Source of the DNA: an uncultured Thiotrichaceae bacterium
Lineage (GTDB): Bacteria; Pseudomonadota; Gammaproteobacteria; SZUA-229
DNA length: 37,837 bases
Assembly: GCA_964485705.1 (NCBI GenBank)
Contig: CAZALW010000003.1
Span: forward strand, 1-37,837
Direction: 5' to 3'
Positions 35,397 to 37,837 of this stretch are shown here, one piece after another (position 1 is the first letter of the stretch; each line of letters starts with the position of its first letter). The position numbers were made by a program, and so were the translations under genes. The notes beneath the pieces are model-generated. The model searched no databases. It saw only the letters and a list, made by a program, of their open reading frames with translations, and had not been told where the DNA came from.

Positions 35397-36431
35397 ATGA
35401 CAAATACAACAACACAACTTCGTTATCCTGATGTATTCAACGATAATAAACGTCTAAAACTATACGCAAATAAAATACTTGCCGATCTTGAATCAAAAGA
35501 CCGGCAATATGTTTTGGATTACCTGTCAGATAGATTAAGAGCCACAAAACAAGATGGTTTGCCGCCTATTACTAACGTAACGGCTTATCTTGACTGGATC
35601 GTAAAAACCACTAAAACGGCAAAAAACAACACATCCTTTGGGATTAGAGATAAGGCTGTTTTTCGTTCTACTGAGCTTTCCAGAACAATTACTCAAATAG
35701 CGGCTGATTTATTGCCTCATCGCGTTACAAATTTATCAACACTGGATGATAAGCAGTTTGATACTAAATTTGAAAAACTAAGCGAACAAATACTTGTTTT
35801 ACACAATAAAACTTTTGAAAAAATCAGTGCTATTGGAGAAAAAGAGAAAATTTCAATAACATTAGCTCATAAAGAAGCTAGTGAAAACAAAAAAATAGCT
35901 GACAAAGAAGAAAGAATGCAGTCTGGCAATAATGCGTTTGATCGCCTCCATGAGAAATACCCCGGTATGTCATCAGAAGACGATTATTTTTTTGAAGCAT
36001 TTGTAACTGATTATGTAGATGCCATTCTTGCTGTAACACGGCAAATAAGCAGTGAACAGGGTCGTGACGTTATATTAAAATATGCACAGGATATAGAATC
36101 ACTGGTTAAAGATTATATGGAAATGCTTTGCTCTAACAATGATGCCAGTGGGCAATGGAAAGACACAGTTAAATATATTGAAGATGCTTTTAACGATTCA
36201 GATAATAATGAATATCGCATCCCGCGCAGAATGGCTACGCGAAATCGGTATGTGGTTGCATTGTTTTTTTATTGTAAAAATAAATCGCTGATAGACAAAA
36301 ATAGCGAAATATTAACCAGTGTTTTTGGATATGATCGAGGCTATATCGACAAACTAACTTCAAGTTTATTACCAATCATTGAAAAACAGATTGACAAAAA
36401 ACTTGAAAATATAGCACTAAGCAATGCTTAA
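35397..36431 (+). CDS. hypothetical helical ICE protein (344 aa)
   Basis: It has a good RBS (AGGAGA 7 nt upstream) and protein-like composition. It shares an internal domain with the convergent gene at 36450..36758. Confidence 0.6.
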   Translation: MTNTTTQLRYPDVFNDNKRLKLYANKILADLESKDRQYVLDYLSDRLRATKQDGLPPITNVTAYLDWIVKTTKTAKNNTSFGIRDKAVFRSTELSRTITQIAADLLPHRVTNLSTLDDKQFDTKFEKLSEQILVLHNKTFEKISAIGEKEKISITLAHKEASENKKIADKEERMQSGNNAFDRLHEKYPGMSSEDDYFFEAFVTDYVDAILAVTRQISSEQGRDVILKYAQDIESLVKDYMEMLCSNNDASGQWKDTVKYIEDAFNDSDNNEYRIPRRMATRNRYVVALFFYCKNKSLIDKNSEILTSVFGYDRGYIDKLTSSLLPIIEKQIDKKLENIALSNA

Positions 36432-36449
36432 CATCAGTAAGCAATTATT

Positions 36450-36758
36450 TTATCCTGAGCGTTTATTCTCACCCAGGATGTATCCTTGTAAGCGTTCGAC
36501 GTTACCATATAGCTGCGCCTCTAAATCAAACGCAGGATCAATTTCAGCTACTATTTTACGATGCACAAGCATTAAATGGTTTGTTAATTTTTGCAATTCA
36601 AACTCAAAAGCATTGTTTGACAATGTTGGTAGATTTTCTACCCGATGCGGTAACAAAGTAGCTGCTATTTGCATCGCTTGCAAAGATGTTCTCTCAATAA
36701 ATTCTTTTTTCCGAATAGCCTCAATCTCAGCTATTTCTTTTTCAGTTTTTTCAGTCAT
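36450..36758 (-). CDS. hypothetical 102-aa protein, paralogous to the central domain of the 344-aa neighbour
   Basis: I chose the MTEKTEKE start (CAT at 36756..36758) because GGAGAG lies 5 nt upstream. QIAATLLPHRVENLPTL..F...LQKL...LMLVHRK aligns with QIAADLLPHRVTNLSTL..F...FEKL...ILVLHNK. Confidence 0.6.
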   Translation of the reverse strand: MTEKTEKEIAEIEAIRKKEFIERTSLQAMQIAATLLPHRVENLPTLSNNAFEFELQKLTNHLMLVHRKIVAEIDPAFDLEAQLYGNVERLQGYILGENKRSG

Positions 36759-36862
36759 GACGACTCTCCTCATTAGGTTTGTGATGTTTAGGAAATTGTT
36801 GTGCGGGAGTCTTCGAAAACTTAACCCGCACAACGAGGATAGCACACACGAGGAGAGTCGTC
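36759..36862. promoter_or_regulatory. nested inverted repeats in the divergent promoter/leader region
   Basis: The outer repeat is 13 bp and perfect: GACGACTCTCCTC (36759..36771) with GAGGAGAGTCGTC (36850..36862). The inner repeat is 10 bp: GTTGTGCGGG (36798..36807) with CCCGCACAAC (36825..36834). Confidence 0.6.
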
Positions 36863-36964
36863 TTTTTACTTACCCAAGATGTCAACACACAGTAAATCAG
36901 GTTTCAGTATAGGGTTTAGATAAATGAAACATCGACATAAAAATAATAATAGATGGAGCCTGAT

Positions 36965-37837
36965 ATGAACGAACCAGACAGCCGACTCATTCACCTGAAA
37001 CAACACATTAGTCATGCGGCAGATGAGTTAGCCAGATCATCGAATGCCGATGATGGTCTGGGTTCGCTTATTTATTTAGGCAATCATCACGACTCAGTAC
37101 CAAGAGAACTAATCATTGATCCGCATCTGGAATCTGGTGAATTTCATACCTGGTTGCTAATGAAAATACAGTTCACTGATCCAGCGGCAGTGACATCAAT
37201 CCCAAGTCAAAGCCAATTAGCGAAATACTTAAAATGCTCAAGACCAGTTGTTAGTCGGCATTTACAAGTATTACGTGCATTGCGCTGGATAACCCTGTGT
37301 AAAACTGTAAGAGGTTCTAATGGTCAATACAAGGGTTGTGTATATGCACAGCATGACAAGCCATTAAATCTTACTGATACTTTGTTTCTGGATCAGCACT
37401 ATATTGAGTTTTTAGAATCACCAAACAAAGCCGATTCATTCAAGCGACTACGCACCGTCAAACAAGCCGTTCTAATGCACATGGACTATCAGGTAGTAAC
37501 AGACACCGCTTTTGTTGCGCCAACCGTCTTAGAGGCTGCCACAAGCCACCTACTAAACGAGAATAAAACAGCATTACAAACTAGCCGTGCTTGCCCTGAG
37601 CAACGAATTGAAGATATTCCTGATGAGATTTATTTTGAATCAGCGATAACAACGGATAAACAAATAGACGAATCTGAAAAACACCATGTTAAAGTTATGC
37701 ACCGTGTTAATAATATTAACACGGTGAAAAGAGCTAAAAACAACCATGTTAATATTATTAACATGGACAAAAGCCCGTCACAGCGCGATTCTCACCATGT
37801 TAATAATATTAACATGGTTGAAAATGATGACCGTGTT
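36965..37837 (+). CDS. STY4528-like pathogenicity-island/ICE replication protein (3' end outside window)
   Basis: The ATG has GGAG 7 nt upstream, and the frame is open to the window end (291 codons). A wHTH-like segment is SQSQLAKYLKCSRPVVSRHLQVLRALRWI. Its position relative to parA/parB matches SPI-7-type elements. Confidence 0.5.
   Translation, partial: MNEPDSRLIHLKQHISHAADELARSSNADDGLGSLIYLGNHHDSVPRELIIDPHLESGEFHTWLLMKIQFTDPAAVTSIPSQSQLAKYLKCSRPVVSRHLQVLRALRWITLCKTVRGSNGQYKGCVYAQHDKPLNLTDTLFLDQHYIEFLESPNKADSFKRLRTVKQAVLMHMDYQVVTDTAFVAPTVLEAATSHLLNENKTALQTSRACPEQRIEDIPDEIYFESAITTDKQIDESEKHHVKVMHRVNNINTVKRAKNNHVNIINMDKSPSQRDSHHVNNINMVENDDRV
37700..37818. repeat. array of perfect palindromes inside the replication-protein gene
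   Basis: Three palindromes are present. 37700..37726 is CACCGTGTTAATA-A-TATTAACACGGTG. 37744..37766 is CCATGTTAATA-T-TATTAACATGG. 37794..37818 is ACCATGTTAATA-A-TATTAACATGGT. Half-sites lie at 37683 and 37829. Confidence 0.9.

Larger units (their letters stand above)
29856..37837. mobile_element. left (integration/partition/replication) module of an SPI-7/PFGI-1/PAPI-1-class integrative conjugative element; continues beyond the window
   Basis: The gene order is integrase, ParA, ICE-type ParB, STY4526-like, STY4528-like. The genes are tightly coupled (overlapping stop/start codons). Confidence 0.65.

Noticed and set aside
36424-36912. 162-aa plus-strand ORF overlapping the stop of the 344-aa gene (ATGCTTAA)
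   Set aside because: Its C/S/F/R-rich composition is typical of the antisense of a K/E-rich gene. The opposite-strand ORF has an RBS and clear paralogy to the neighbouring gene. The plus ORF also reads through the nested inverted repeats.

Overview
A 37.8-kb AT-rich proteobacterial segment, most likely gammaproteobacterial, since the oxidase cluster order mirrors what I remember of P. aeruginosa PA0105-PA0114. It has four blocks. (1) 1-10.4 kb holds a DUF2325 gene tail and a frameshifted hemP-like mini-ORF. It also holds a minus-strand iron-type periplasmic operon (imelysin, DUF1111 di-haem protein, Tat-DUF1513, second imelysin, porin). That operon is divergent from a di-haem cytochrome c peroxidase, with a Fur-box-like site in between. 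(2) 10.9-20.1 kb is a plus-strand signalling island: cheR-cheB-(REC-GGDEF-EAL)-cheD with no CheA/CheW/MCP. It is followed by a STAS / REC-like-PP2C / REC-RsbW-type-kinase partner switch and a coiled-coil GGEEF cyclase. (3) 20.4-29.4 kb is a complete aa3 cytochrome c oxidase plus biogenesis cluster: coxB-coxA-ctaG-coxC-(small twin-TM protein)-SURF1-(SCO-like)-ctaA-cyoE-SCO1. Three copies of a ~134-bp hairpin MITE/REPIN-like element have invaded it (41-bp arms, 8-bp target duplications). (4) 29.9 kb to the end is the left module of an SPI-7/PFGI-1/PAPI-1-class integrative conjugative element: tyrosine integrase, ParA, ICE-type ParB, STY4526-like, TraI-C-like and STY4528-like genes. This block holds the least explained material. 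That includes a GC-rich ~220-nt structured segment and a convergent pair of paralogous unknown genes. It also includes nested inverted repeats that could sequester a ribosome-binding site, and an in-frame array of perfect 23-27-bp palindromes inside the replication-protein gene. I saw no rRNA, tRNA or CRISPR. All family assignments come from motif recognition by eye, not from database searches.
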